64,000 bases of DNA from a virus. The stretch's first letter is position 1; each line of letters starts with the position of its first letter. Of the stretch, positions 1-8,224 are shown in pieces. The stretch lies in the IMG/VR virus record IMGVR_UViG_3300025304_000053, one strand, 5' to 3'. The notes below the pieces were generated by a model. That model had not been told where the DNA came from and did no database searches. It worked only from the letters and a program-made list of their open reading frames with translations. Both the position numbers and the translations under genes were made by a program.

Positions 1-36
1 TATCGCCGACCGCGCCAATACATTGCCCGTCGGCAA

Positions 37-138
37 TTAGATCGTAAGGTAGCTTCCCCACATGGTGATGGCTGCGATGCAGAGGCCACAGGCCGTCATG
101 CCGGCGAGATCGCGCAGAAAGTCGCGGAGATCAAACAT
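37..138 (-). CDS. Small membrane protein (early left)
   Basis: C-terminal part of ORF 37..228 (MFDLRDFLRDLAG...) is hydrophobic; start overlaps the stop of 138..563. Confidence 0.5.
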   Translation of the reverse strand: MFDLRDFLRDLAGMTACGLCIAAITMWGSYLTI

Positions 139-563
139 CACGCCACCGCCTGACGTAGCACTTCTGCGTGCATATCCAGCGTCATGTCGACAAGCGTCGT
201 ACCGCCGAACGAAGGCGCCCGATCCCATTCGTCCGCCACGTCGACACCATCAACGATCGCCGAGCGCGAGTAGACTTCAAACGTGCCGCCATGCTTGACC
301 TGACGGCGGGCCGCTTCTTCATGGGCTAGTTCGTAGGTGCCGTGCTCATACGGCTGGCCGTTCGGAGTGATGCGGCCATGATCACCACGCCGAAACACGA
401 AATGGCCTCCGCCGAGCTTCTCGCTCTGGCGTGGCTTCTTGATTTTCATTTTGCCACGAGGGCGACCCTGCTTCTTTGCCTTATGGTCGGCCTTGAGCAT
501 CGGCACGTCGGACTGCGCGGCGACAGGGATGTCGTCGAAATCTTCCGGGTGAGGTCTGTACAT
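138..563 (-). CDS. Hypothetical phage protein (early left)
   Basis: ORF with a strong AGAGGAGAC RBS and CCACCAC leader on the minus strand. Confidence 0.75.
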   Translation of the reverse strand: MYRPHPEDFDDIPVAAQSDVPMLKADHKAKKQGRPRGKMKIKKPRQSEKLGGGHFVFRRGDHGRITPNGQPYEHGTYELAHEEAARRQVKHGGTFEVYSRSAIVDGVDVADEWDRAPSFGGTTLVDMTLDMHAEVLRQAVA

Positions 564-633
564 TGCGCGTCTCCTCTTGCGGCCTTGCCGCGTGGTGGCT
601 CGCCTGGTGCGGCGAGTGAGGAGAATATGCGCC

Positions 634-673
634 TACCAATTATTGAAGTCAATAACCAAATTGGTAATTGGTA
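634..673. promoter_or_regulatory. Operator/promoter cluster B (ATTGGTA/TACCAAT boxes), left of CI
   Basis: TACCAAT 634-640, TAACCAAATTGGTA 653-666, ATTGGTA 667-673; minus-strand TTGACT at 647-652. Confidence 0.6.
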
Positions 674-687
674 TTGACCATCGAAAA

Positions 688-1395
688 TTAGTACTTTCCA
701 GAAAAAACTATCGGATGAACGCTCACTACCATTTGTCGTTCAAACTCAACGGAGCCAGCTGGGTTGTGCTGCTTCAAAATCAATTTCGACGCCGTCCAGC
801 CAACGAACTCCTTGATGTAGCCAAGCGGCGGCATTCCATCCTCGCTCGGACGTATCTGGACGATCACGTCATCACCCCGGCGCGGTGGCTTGCTTGGGTG
901 GACATAGACTACTTCACCAGGCCGATAGCGGGGCGACATGGATTCGCCATCAATGAACACGCTGTAGGCATTGGCTACGTTGGAGAGAGACGGCGGGCAG
1001 ACGACATAATCGAGGATGTGCCCGTTGAAGACATACTCTCCGTCCACTCCGCCGACAGCCTCGCCCAAGACCGGAAGCAGCCGTTCGATGCGCGGTGTGG
1101 GCAAGCGATCGGGGATGATGGTTACCTCAGGAGGCGGGTTGTTCGCGAAGGCGGCGGCCGATAGCAGCCTGCTTTTGTCGCCAGTGCCGCCGGATTCCAG
1201 AATTAGCCGCTGCATCTCCTCTTCGGGGATCTGCAGCTCGCGGGCCAGGTCTTTCCATTTGCGTGGGTTGTTCACCTGGCCGGTAAAGAGAGCGGAAATT
1301 GATTGTTGCGCCATTCCGAGTCGTTCGGCGAGCTCGGTTTGCGTAATTTTGAGCTCATCCGCCTTTGCGGAGAGAGCGTCAGAAAGTTTTGACAT
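688..1395 (-). CDS. CI-like repressor, XRE HTH + S24 autopeptidase
   Basis: HTH (ITQTELAERLGMAQQSIS), Ala-Gly-like cleavage region (EAVGG), catalytic Ser (GESMSP) and Lys (YIKE); start adjusted to MSKLSD. Confidence 0.92.
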   Translation of the reverse strand: MSKLSDALSAKADELKITQTELAERLGMAQQSISALFTGQVNNPRKWKDLARELQIPEEEMQRLILESGGTGDKSRLLSAAAFANNPPPEVTIIPDRLPTPRIERLLPVLGEAVGGVDGEYVFNGHILDYVVCPPSLSNVANAYSVFIDGESMSPRYRPGEVVYVHPSKPPRRGDDVIVQIRPSEDGMPPLGYIKEFVGWTASKLILKQHNPAGSVEFERQMVVSVHPIVFSGKY

Positions 1396-1447
1396 AAACT
1401 GGTCCCTATGAATTTTCAACGGTTTACAATTTTTCCCACAAAAAGAC

Positions 1448-1487
1448 AAACCAATTGCTTGACTTGGTAATTGGTAATGGTATTGGT
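1448..1487 (+). promoter_or_regulatory. Rightward promoter with operator B boxes
   Basis: TTGACT 1459-1464, TATTGG at 1481; repeated TTGGTA in the spacer, same motif as 634-673. Confidence 0.6.
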
Positions 1488-1530
1488 GGTCTCGTCAACG
1501 GTCGTAGGGCAAAACCGAGCGGAGACAAAC

Positions 1531-1662
1531 ATGGCAGACCAACACGAAGTTCCAAGAAGAAGATTTTCTGAAATGGAGCGCTCCAGAAGAGTAGATCGTA
1601 AGGGGCGCGGTCCACCGGTTGGTGGGCATATACGACGCCATGAAGGCGGCAAGCAATTTTAA
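1531..1662 (+). CDS. Small basic protein divergent from CI
   Basis: GGAGAC RBS before ATG 1531; no recognisable HTH. Confidence 0.4.
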   Translation: MADQHEVPRRRFSEMERSRRVDRKGRGPPVGGHIRRHEGGKQF

Positions 1663-1761
1663 ATGCGGCAGCAGGAGAACAGAGATGCGGCAGGGGATGG
1701 AACAGGAACGCGACAGAAGAAGATCGCCGATAAAAGGGCGTGACCCGCCGAGAAGAAGATT

Positions 1762-1790
1762 AGAGCCGCCTCTTGGCGGCTTTACCTTTT
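1762..1790 (+). terminator. Intrinsic terminator
   Basis: AGAGCCGCC/GGCGGCTTT stem followed by a T-rich tail. Confidence 0.6.
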
Positions 1791-2067
1791 AGTAGAAGGA
1801 CCTAGTAGAGGGGATACGATGAGAAGGGCACTGAACATCAGAAATGAAACGACGACGTCCGCTGGCGGTAGCCAACGGCGTTATTTTCGTTTCTGACCCG
1901 ATGTGCTGATAAATTGCTTAAAACGAACTGCAAGTCGACCCGAAGGCCGGCACCACCCGCTTAGCGACTTGCGTTCGAATTTCCTACTGAACAGGGGAGG
2001 AGACCTTGCGAGTCTACCCTGTCGGTCGATATCGCCACCACAGCGACAGGCGGAGTAAAACCATATT

Positions 2068-2083
2068 TTGCCAAATTTGTCAA
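2068..2083. promoter_or_regulatory. Operator A copy
   Basis: TTGCCAAATTTGTCAA, one mismatch from the palindrome TTGACAAATTTGTCAA. Confidence 0.7.
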
Positions 2084-2109
2084 ATGTTAAATTGCGGCGA
2101 CGCAACAAT

Positions 2110-2691
2110 TCAAACTCGCTCCGCAAGGACGATAACGTGAACCGCAGCGACATTGCCGACCACGGCTTCAGGGCCGGCATAGCGGCGGAGCCGGACAACT
2201 TCGCCGAGCTCGGCAAGCTGGCCGATCCACGCAACTCCACCTTTGGTGTGGACGATCACGTCGTCACCGACACGCGGCCAGACGCCGGGATCAAGCCACA
2301 CTTTGCAGCCGACGCGGAAAGCTGGCTCCATGACCTTGGTATCAACGACAACGGCATACCGGCCTTCGGGCACGGCCTTTCGGCTGGTATCGAACTTGAA
2401 CTTGCCGTCTTTGCGGTCGGCAACGCGTCCGTAAACGCGGGCCGAGGAGTAGGCGGAGAGGGGAGTTTCGTTCGAACTTGCCCCTGCTTCATCAATCAGC
2501 CCGTCGATGTCTCCAATTGGAATGCCGAGGAACTTCGCGATGCCTGCGTGGGCGTTCTCGCGCGGAATCGTCCCGGCCTTCCAATTGCTGTAGGTCTGTT
2601 GCAGGACGCCGATTTCCGTGGATGCGGCGCGATCGGTCATACCGCGCGCCTTCTGCTGGTCTATCAACATTTGCGCCAATGTCTTGGCCAT
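2110..2691 (-). CDS. Second repressor: HTH + degenerate S24-like domain
   Basis: HTH (MTDRAASTEIGVLQQTYSNWKAG); C-terminal S24-like fold reads TKVMEP instead of G-x-SM-x-P; start adjusted to MAKTLA. Confidence 0.8.
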   Translation of the reverse strand: MAKTLAQMLIDQQKARGMTDRAASTEIGVLQQTYSNWKAGTIPRENAHAGIAKFLGIPIGDIDGLIDEAGASSNETPLSAYSSARVYGRVADRKDGKFKFDTSRKAVPEGRYAVVVDTKVMEPAFRVGCKVWLDPGVWPRVGDDVIVHTKGGVAWIGQLAELGEVVRLRRYAGPEAVVGNVAAVHVIVLAERV

Positions 2692-2708
2692 CTCGTCGGC
2701 TCCGTATC

Positions 2709-2737
2709 TTGACAAATTTGTAAAAAAGATATAGTGT
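2709..2737 (+). promoter_or_regulatory. Operator A overlapping sigma70-type promoter of the early right operon
   Basis: TTGACA-17 nt-TAGTGT with ACAAATTTGT palindrome. Confidence 0.8.
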
Positions 2738-2813
2738 TCCCGAGTAATTTGCAAGCCGTAACCGGCGGCTCGCATAGCATGGTTACCATTCCACCACCAC
2801 AAGAGGAGACTAC

Positions 2814-3122
2814 ATGACGAAAATCACCAGCGAAACGCTGGCGATGATGCATGGCCGCCGCCTGAAGGGCGAAAGCGTCGCGGATATCGCCAGATCTTAC
2901 GGCCTGAAGGAAATGGCCGTCTACCAGCGCCTGCGCCGTAGGTATGGGCTGGAAATCTACAAGCAGCGACCGGAAGCCGCCAATGACAACGTGCCTGGCC
3001 GCGTTCGCAAAATGTCTCCGCACAACGGCGGCTGCTCAACCCTGAGCGGTATGATGCCGGTGACGCTGGCACGGGTGCCGACGATCGATGGCGATGAAAT
3101 CGGCGCGCAGGTGGCGGCATGA
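2814..3122 (+). CDS. Small HTH regulator (Cro-like position)
   Basis: ESVADIARSYGLKEMAVYQRL HTH; divergent from second repressor; strong RBS; contains AANDN and ends in VAA. Confidence 0.7.
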   Translation: MTKITSETLAMMHGRRLKGESVADIARSYGLKEMAVYQRLRRRYGLEIYKQRPEAANDNVPGRVRKMSPHNGGCSTLSGMMPVTLARVPTIDGDEIGAQVAA

Positions 3123-3424
3123 GCGAGGCTTGCGACGGCTGCGGCAGATACTTCTTCGATTACGGCGATCGCGTCCGCCTTGTACAGAACAAGGAAATCA
3201 AAGGTCAGGTGATCGGCGAGCGCGACTGGGAAACGCAGTACCTCGTTCGATTCGCGGCCAACTTGGCCTCTGACTATCTCGATCACGTCGAGATCGAGCC
3301 GGATCCGGACTTTGAGGTTCCCGGCGGATCCAAGGCGACATTGCCGGCGGAGGCTCCTGATGAGCCAATCGGCACAGCAAAAATCATCAATCTTGCGGAC
3401 GTCCGCGCAGCAGGGAGGGCTTGA
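3119..3424 (+). CDS. Hypothetical protein, SH3/KOW-like
   Basis: ATGA coupling; YGDRVRLV motif. Confidence 0.65.
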   Translation: MSEACDGCGRYFFDYGDRVRLVQNKEIKGQVIGERDWETQYLVRFAANLASDYLDHVEIEPDPDFEVPGGSKATLPAEAPDEPIGTAKIINLADVRAAGRA

Positions 3425-3427
3425 GAG

Positions 3428-4882
3428 ATGGGTAAGTTTGAAAAAGGTCAGTACGTGAGAGTTCTGCACACCGACTACCAGGAAGAATTCCCGGTTGGCT
3501 CGGTCTTCGAGGTTGGCGCCTCCTACGTTCACGGCATCGAACCGGAGGGCGAGCATTCGGATCTGTTCTTTTGCAATGAAGAAGTTGAACCCTGGCAGCC
3601 GAAGGTTGGCGACCGGGTGCGGATGGTGAAGTCAGTTGACGGGCACATCGCCGACTGCGGCGCGACTGTCGTGTTCGACGACGGTAGCCAATATCAGCCA
3701 TTCGCCATCAAATTCGACAAAGCGCAGTCGTGGGGGCATACCGCCCAAGCTAATGCTCCAGAAGGCTATGGGTACTGGGTGTCGGCAGCAGACCTAGAAC
3801 CCATCGTCGAGCCAGCCGCCCCCGTTGTCGCGCAAGCACAACCTGCGGCACTGAAGATCGAAGCCGGCAAGTTCTACAAGACGCGCGACGGTCGGAAGGT
3901 CGGGCCGATGTTTTACGAAGGTGACTACTGGAATGCAGGTTCCGGCGCCAATGGCACTCCCGGTCATTTCACTCGCTATGGCGTTAGTGCTTTCGAAGGC
4001 AGACTTCCACGCGATGAAAGTCGCGCCGAGCACGACCTCATCGCCGAATGGATCGAAGAGCCGGTTTCGACAGCCAAGCCGAAGATCGGCGATAAGGTCC
4101 GTGCTCTCGCTGACCTTATCGACGTCACCAAAGGCAACCTCTACACGGTCGGCTATGTCGACGATGAATACAACTGCATTCGCATCACGGACGACGTCGG
4201 CGACCGCCATGATCTCGATGAGGACGAATACGAGGTGGTGACGACTCCCGCAGCGGCGGCCAACAACGACAACTCGGCGCCAGCCAAGCTGCAATTTTCG
4301 TTCAAAGTTGGCGACAAGGCGAAAACTCGTGATGGCCGAGTTGTGACGATTACCCATGTGGATCAGGATGAAATGTACCCATTCGTCCACGATATGGGTG
4401 ACGGTCGATACCACGGTTTCGATGCGGGCGGAAAGTCATGCATCAATTGCGATGAAGACGACATCGTCGAGAAGATCTCGGAGCCCGCGGCCACCAATCC
4501 GAAGTTCAAGGTTGGTGATAGGGTGAGGGCGCTCGTGGGCTGGCTTGATGTTAAGATGGGTGAAGTTTACACCATCACGGAAGTAGACGAGGAAGGCGCG
4601 CGACTCTTATTTGATGAAGATGGCCAGCCGTGGAACTATATGGACAATGACGAGATTGAACTCGTTCCTCCCACCATCCCCGCCGTCGTCGCCCTGATCG
4701 AGAACGGCACGGCCAAACCGGCCACCCGCCCGAAGGTGCATCCCGACCAAGCAAGCGCCACAACGGAAGCCGAGCGCCTCGCGCTGCAGTTCCCCGGCCA
4801 GCAGTTCGGCGTCTTCGTTCTTGCGGATAGCAAGATAGCTGACGTGGTCAACGTCCCGACGGCGGTTCTGCGCGCCGCCTAA
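3428..4882 (+). CDS. Multi-repeat protein with tandem KVGD(R/K)V modules
   Basis: Five or six repeats such as KFEKGQYVRV, KVGDRVR, KIGDKVRAL, FKVGDKAK, FKVGDRVRAL. Confidence 0.8.
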   Translation: MGKFEKGQYVRVLHTDYQEEFPVGSVFEVGASYVHGIEPEGEHSDLFFCNEEVEPWQPKVGDRVRMVKSVDGHIADCGATVVFDDGSQYQPFAIKFDKAQSWGHTAQANAPEGYGYWVSAADLEPIVEPAAPVVAQAQPAALKIEAGKFYKTRDGRKVGPMFYEGDYWNAGSGANGTPGHFTRYGVSAFEGRLPRDESRAEHDLIAEWIEEPVSTAKPKIGDKVRALADLIDVTKGNLYTVGYVDDEYNCIRITDDVGDRHDLDEDEYEVVTTPAAAANNDNSAPAKLQFSFKVGDKAKTRDGRVVTITHVDQDEMYPFVHDMGDGRYHGFDAGGKSCINCDEDDIVEKISEPAATNPKFKVGDRVRALVGWLDVKMGEVYTITEVDEEGARLLFDEDGQPWNYMDNDEIELVPPTIPAVVALIENGTAKPATRPKVHPDQASATTEAERLALQFPGQQFGVFVLADSKIADVVNVPTAVLRAA

Positions 4883-4945
4883 CCCCCCAACCATCGCCAC
4901 CACAGAGAGCCGTGCGCCGACCAAGCGCACGGCGAGAGGAGACAC

Positions 4946-5266
4946 ATGACCAAGAGTAACGGAACGAAGCTGATCAACGCCATTGCGGCGAGAGAGCACG
5001 CCAACGACACCAAGCTCGGTACGCCATCAACTGACCCTATGCACGCCGCGCGCCGGCGGACCATCATGGAGCAGATGGCTGGCGGCAAGGGTTGGCGCAC
5101 CGCGCCGAAAGAACCAAAGCAGCGCGCCAACGGCCTCACGCGCGGAGAAATGAAGCGCATCAGGCGCCAGGTGGCCAATGAGCATGTCTCGGAGGTGCGC
5201 GCGCCGCAATTCATGCATAGCGCAGCTCGCCGTCGGTTTGAGGCGGAAATGGCGGTGGCGGCATGA
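4946..5266 (+). CDS. Hypothetical basic protein
   Basis: AGAGGAGAC RBS; ends in VAA. Confidence 0.7.
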   Translation: MTKSNGTKLINAIAAREHANDTKLGTPSTDPMHAARRRTIMEQMAGGKGWRTAPKEPKQRANGLTRGEMKRIRRQVANEHVSEVRAPQFMHSAARRRFEAEMAVAA

Positions 5267-5466
5267 CATCAGCAGACAAAGGCACCATCGCCGGTCTTTC
5301 GGCCATAGCATTCATCATCGTAACGCTCCTTGCCGCGGTAGCGGCTTGGATCACCCATGTTCTCGTCTGCATCAAGGCCGGCGCGTGGATATTGCTGGCC
5401 TTCGGCTGTTTCGTTGCGCCCGTCGGCGTCATCCACGGCATCGGTGTTTGGTTGGGGGCGTTCTGA
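5263..5466 (+). CDS. Small membrane protein
   Basis: Two hydrophobic segments; ATGA coupling. Confidence 0.65.
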   Translation: MTSADKGTIAGLSAIAFIIVTLLAAVAAWITHVLVCIKAGAWILLAFGCFVAPVGVIHGIGVWLGAF

Positions 5467-5660
5467 TGACCACCCGTCACCACATCCAGCCCAACCCGCT
5501 CGACTACGTGCCTGTCGATCACCTGCAGGCGCCGCCGTTGGCTCACCAAAAAACCGCATACACGCCGCCGGCCCTTCGTCGCGGGCTGACGGCTGCCGGC
5601 TGGTATCTCGCCATCGTGGCGGCCGGATTCATTCTCGCCGTCACTACCGGCATTATCTGA
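5466..5660 (+). CDS. Small membrane protein
   Basis: 3' part of ORF 5178..5660, coupled start; C-terminal TM segment. Confidence 0.6.
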   Translation: MTTRHHIQPNPLDYVPVDHLQAPPLAHQKTAYTPPALRRGLTAAGWYLAIVAAGFILAVTTGII

Positions 5661-5669
5661 GGAGACACT

Positions 5670-6470
5670 ATGTCAGTCTTTGACAAACTGAGATCCAGCA
5701 AGCGGAAAACGCCGCCCGTCCTTGCCCTCTACGGCATTGGTGGCATCGGCAAGACCACGCTTGCTGGCGAATTTCCAGATCCGCTGTACCTTCATACGGT
5801 CGGTGAAGAAACGCCAGTCGATCTCGACGTGCCTTCGATCGAGATCGAAAGCTACGACGAGATGATGAACGCTTTCGAGCACCTCTTGACGGAGGAGCAC
5901 GAGTTCAAGACCGTCATCATCGACAGCCTAGACGCCTTCGAAAAAATGGTGTGGGCCTACACCTGTGCCAGGATGAACTGGGACACGATCGACAGCAATG
6001 ACAAGGGTTCTCCCACCGCCTTCGGAAAGGGCTATCTAGAGGCCGACAGCGATTGGCTCGAATACATGGCAGCTATCCGAGCCGTGTCGCGCGCCGGTGT
6101 CCATGTCGTGCAGATCCTGCACAGCAAGGTGAAGGCGTTCAATGACCCGCTCGTCGATTCTTACGATCGCTACCGTCCTAAGCTCCAAGACCGTGCGACC
6201 GACATCATCATGGAAAAAAGTGATGCCCTGCTTTTCATGAGCAAGCGGACGTCGGTCAAGCAGATCGATAAAGGCTTCGGCAAGAAGGAGAACAAGGCGG
6301 AAGGAATGTCTGGGGCCGAGCGTATCATCTACACCGATGAGCGGGCCGGTTTTTTGGCGAAGAACCGGCTTAACATGCCACCGTCCATTCCCTTCAAGAA
6401 AGGTAGCGGCTTCACGACGCTATCTAAATACTTCTACACGCCGCACGCACCTGTCGAGGACGGCGAATAA
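5670..6470 (+). CDS. Sak4-like / AAA_24 P-loop ATPase (single-strand annealing)
   Basis: Walker A GIGGIGKTT, TVIIDSLD, G(F)GKGY motif, AKNR C-terminus. Confidence 0.85.
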   Translation: MSVFDKLRSSKRKTPPVLALYGIGGIGKTTLAGEFPDPLYLHTVGEETPVDLDVPSIEIESYDEMMNAFEHLLTEEHEFKTVIIDSLDAFEKMVWAYTCARMNWDTIDSNDKGSPTAFGKGYLEADSDWLEYMAAIRAVSRAGVHVVQILHSKVKAFNDPLVDSYDRYRPKLQDRATDIIMEKSDALLFMSKRTSVKQIDKGFGKKENKAEGMSGAERIIYTDERAGFLAKNRLNMPPSIPFKKGSGFTTLSKYFYTPHAPVEDGE

Positions 6471-6613
6471 TGTTCCACTCCGAACGCTGGTTCGCGTGGT
6501 TCCCCGTCACAACCCGCAACGGCGGCACGGTCTGGCTGCAGACCGTCATCCGCGAACGATCCGTAACGCCAAAGGCCACTACGCCCTGGCGCTACTACGC
6601 TACCACCAACTAA
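6470..6613 (+). CDS. Small hypothetical protein
   Basis: Translated by hand: MFHSERWFAWFPV...; TAATG overlap. Confidence 0.5.
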   Translation: MFHSERWFAWFPVTTRNGGTVWLQTVIRERSVTPKATTPWRYYATTN

Positions 6614-6634
6614 ACACCACAGAAGGAGACTAGC

Positions 6635-7258
6635 ATGGCCAGAATTGGCAACAGTTACCAGGCAGACTACGAGAACACCGAAAAGCAGGGCGGCGGCGGT
6701 GGCATCCTGCCGCACATGTATGCGCAGCTTCAGGCTGAGGCAATCAACCTCACTGAAACGCAGGACAAGAAGGGCTGGCAGGCTGAAATCACTTTCGAAG
6801 TTATCGAACCGGCAGAGTTCGCAAAGCGCAAGTTCTGGGCATATTGGACGATCGTCCATGCAGACGGTTTCCAGCACGGCGCCTACAAGTACGGCAAGCC
6901 CATGTTCGACCGATTCGGCTATGCGGTCGGCGAGGAAATCACCGCCGACACCGACACGGATGACCTGCTGTTCAAGTCCTTCACTGCCGAGATCGGCATC
7001 CAGATCGGCAACAAAAAGCCAGACGGCACCTTCTACAAGGACAAGAACCAGATCGAGCGGTTCTTCTTCACTCACGAAGGCGCCAAGGAGCCGGTTCCGG
7101 AGCTCGGCGTCATCGGTGACGGCACGCAGGGCAAGAAGCGCAACGAGCCAGCCGCAGCCAACGACAACCGGGCGCCGGCCGCCAATGACAACAGACAGCA
7201 GCAGGCGGCGGCAGCAAAGCCGGCTGGGTCGAAGCCGTGGGTGGCTCGTAAAGCCTAA
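6635..7258 (+). CDS. Phage ssDNA-binding protein (DUF669-like)
   Basis: Follows Sak4-like ATPase; OB-fold-like pattern; flexible tail ending KPW. Confidence 0.7.
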   Translation: MARIGNSYQADYENTEKQGGGGGILPHMYAQLQAEAINLTETQDKKGWQAEITFEVIEPAEFAKRKFWAYWTIVHADGFQHGAYKYGKPMFDRFGYAVGEEITADTDTDDLLFKSFTAEIGIQIGNKKPDGTFYKDKNQIERFFFTHEGAKEPVPELGVIGDGTQGKKRNEPAAANDNRAPAANDNRQQQAAAAKPAGSKPWVARKA

Positions 7259-7319
7259 CCAACACCACCGGCGGGCCGTCACCAGCGACCCGCCATTCGC
7301 CACCAAGAGGAGATCAGTA

Positions 7320-8171
7320 ATGGCTTATGAAGCCGAACGCAGACAGATCATGGATGCCTCGCCGCTCCGTTTTGACAATGCGTTTGTGGCCGGCGGCGCG
7401 GTAACTAGCGTCTTCACCGGCTCTAAGATCAACGACATCGATGTGTATTTTAAGTCGCGCATCGCTTTCGAGACAGGGGTCTATCAGGCCTATGAGGACG
7501 GCTTGTGGTGTGTAGCGGCCAGCAAGCGAGCCGTAACGTTCGCCGACCAGTCGAACCACATTGCGCAGCTGATGCACTTTGACTTCTTCCCGACCGCCGA
7601 GGCCATCTTTTCGGCGTTCGACTACACTATCGTCATGGGTGCGCTGGATTTAGATTCAGGCCCGAAGACCAAATGGAATCCGATAACCATTGGCTTCGAC
7701 GAGATCGGCGAAGAGCATCCCGAATCCGGCTTCATATTCCATCCAGACTTCCTGAAGCACAACAGCCAGCGCTTCCTGAAGTTCAACGCCGGCACTCGCT
7801 ACCCGCTCGCCTCCGCGACGCTAATCCTGAAATATCAGCAGCGCGGCTACACCATCGGCAAAGGCGACGTCATGAAGATCGCACTGGCAGTTCGTGGCGT
7901 GCGGATTGAGACGTGGGAAGACCTGAAAGACCAGATCGGCGGAGCCTACGGCGACAAGGTCGTGCTTGGCAACGAGGACAAGCCGTTTACGCTTGAGGCG
8001 GCGATTGATGCCTTGACGGTCGACGATACCAAGGACGAGCCGTGGGTACAACCGGCCAACGACAATATGCCGGGATCGCCTGAAGGCCTGCTTGCGCACA
8101 TAGCTGCTCTGAATGGCGTAGATTACGTGCCGCCATTGCTCGGCGATGACGGATGGCCAATGGCCGCCTAA
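7320..8171 (+). CDS. Nucleotidyltransferase-superfamily protein
   Basis: FVAGGAV...DIDVYF signature (GG..DxD); RBS AGAGGAG before ATG 7320. Confidence 0.65.
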   Translation: MAYEAERRQIMDASPLRFDNAFVAGGAVTSVFTGSKINDIDVYFKSRIAFETGVYQAYEDGLWCVAASKRAVTFADQSNHIAQLMHFDFFPTAEAIFSAFDYTIVMGALDLDSGPKTKWNPITIGFDEIGEEHPESGFIFHPDFLKHNSQRFLKFNAGTRYPLASATLILKYQQRGYTIGKGDVMKIALAVRGVRIETWEDLKDQIGGAYGDKVVLGNEDKPFTLEAAIDALTVDDTKDEPWVQPANDNMPGSPEGLLAHIAALNGVDYVPPLLGDDGWPMAA

Positions 8172-8224
8172 CCAACCTGCCTGCCGCTAACCACGGCAGG
8201 CACCACCACCAAGAGGAGACCCCC

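Noticed and set aside
577-2712. Plus-strand ORFs 577..1164 and 2068..2712 and minus ORF 1881..2240
   Set aside because: The first two are antisense to the repressors; the third overlaps a repressor and has no RBS or protein-like features
1396-2813. Host LexA box (GTTC-N7-GTTC) in the immunity region
   Set aside because: I could not find a convincing match by eye
6434-7306. 290-aa minus-strand hydrophobic ORF
   Set aside because: Reverse reading of the acidic SSB gene
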